Part shown: positions 63,240 to 64,000 of the stretch, one piece after another
How the letters are laid out: every line of letters starts with the position of its first letter
Position numbering within the stretch: position 1 is the first letter of the stretch
Assembly (NCBI GenBank): GCA_030704615.1
Contig: CM060733.1
Location: forward strand, 30,380,001 to 30,444,000
DNA from: Takakia lepidozioides
Lineage: Eukaryota > Plantae > Bryophyta
Direction: 5' to 3'
Length of the DNA: 64,000 nucleotides
Notes under the pieces: model-generated
The model's input: the letters and a program-made list of their open reading frames with translations, nothing else
What the model was told of the DNA's origin: nothing
The model's database searches: none
Position numbers and translations under genes: made by a program

Positions 63240-64000
63240 GCGTAAAGTCATCTATGTCTTGCACGTGGTCACTGTACAGTCCAAGTCAATTTGTTTCCTC
63301 ACCAACCTATCAGATCTGAAAAACAGTTTGTCAGTCAATCATATACTTGAAGTGATGTAAAAACAGATGCACTGAGGTAGTTTCTTGAAGGGGGGAAGTG
63401 TTTGAAAATATATAGACAAGAGTTCTTTAGTAAGCATTGTTAATATTGTTAGAATTATCGGACCTTCCTGCAGCGCACCGTCCGGCTAATTAAGCGAACT
63501 TTAGTGATGTCCACATGATCACCGACTCTATAGGAGCACAATTATTGACTACGTAGGAGTAGTTGGTATTCTTTGGCTCTTCTACTTAATTGAGCCCTTT
63601 ACATTTAGTAGGCTTAGCGGTGCCACTTGTGTACATATTGCTGGCCTTACTCTGGCAGTATAGTTCTTGTATTCCGGTTCTAGATCCTTGGCTGTATAGT
63701 GCTCTTCATTTTTATCAAATATGTTACAAATGTATGTACATATAGGATCCATAGTGCGAACGATTGTTCGCAGCACAGAAGCTGTTCAGCCCTGAATTGA
63801 CCCAACCTTCAACAGATCCATTTGTCATGGTATGCTATAACCAGGCTGATCGCGGGTGGGCTCAATCCTGCAATGTTCCAATCATCCTCTTCTGGGGCTC
63901 TGCGTGCAGCAGTAGCCTCTGTAAATTCGTTTTGACCGTTTACCCTTTTGGATCATAAATTATGGTGGCTCGATATGCATCGAGATCACTTTTTCCCAAT
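63240..64000 (-). repeat. Inverted third copy of the Fat 3' flank; a third gene probably lies beyond the window
   Basis: Reverse complement of about 32790-33240 and 52420-52745. Confidence 0.85.
63447..63717. mobile_element. Solo LTR, 271 bp
   Basis: TG...CA ends; perfect 5-bp TSD AATAT (63442-63446, 63718-63722); absent from the two paralogous flanks. Confidence 0.82.

Overview
This is AT-rich, transposon-dense eukaryotic DNA from a land plant (spliceosomal introns, acyl-ACP thioesterase and GAPN sequences); I cannot name the species. The main feature is an apparently intact 15,060-bp Mutator-like DNA transposon (3761-18820) flanked by the direct repeat CCCTCTCAAA. It carries two divergent spliced genes: a GCM-like/MULE-DDE/SWIM transposase on the minus strand, and a ~1494-aa protein on the plus strand that fuses a ParB/Srx-like N-domain to a prokaryote-type beta-class amino-DNA-methyltransferase fold. 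Its non-coding DNA (left subterminal region, intergenic region and one intron) holds about 65 copies of one palindrome, GGAAATTCGGCGCCGAATTTCC, mostly spaced at whole helical turns and organised around a large inverted repeat. The rest of the window has a truncated CACTA remnant, several decayed Ty1/copia elements (one with a tRNA-like Pol III cassette in its 144-bp LTR, one with intron-containing GAPN exons inside its RT), three hAT-type non-autonomous elements, a PIF/Harbinger pseudogene, a small SMP/LEA-like gene, two intact acyl-ACP thioesterase (Fat) paralogues and the 3' flank of an inverted third copy. All coordinates, counts and gene models were read by hand; no database searches were run.
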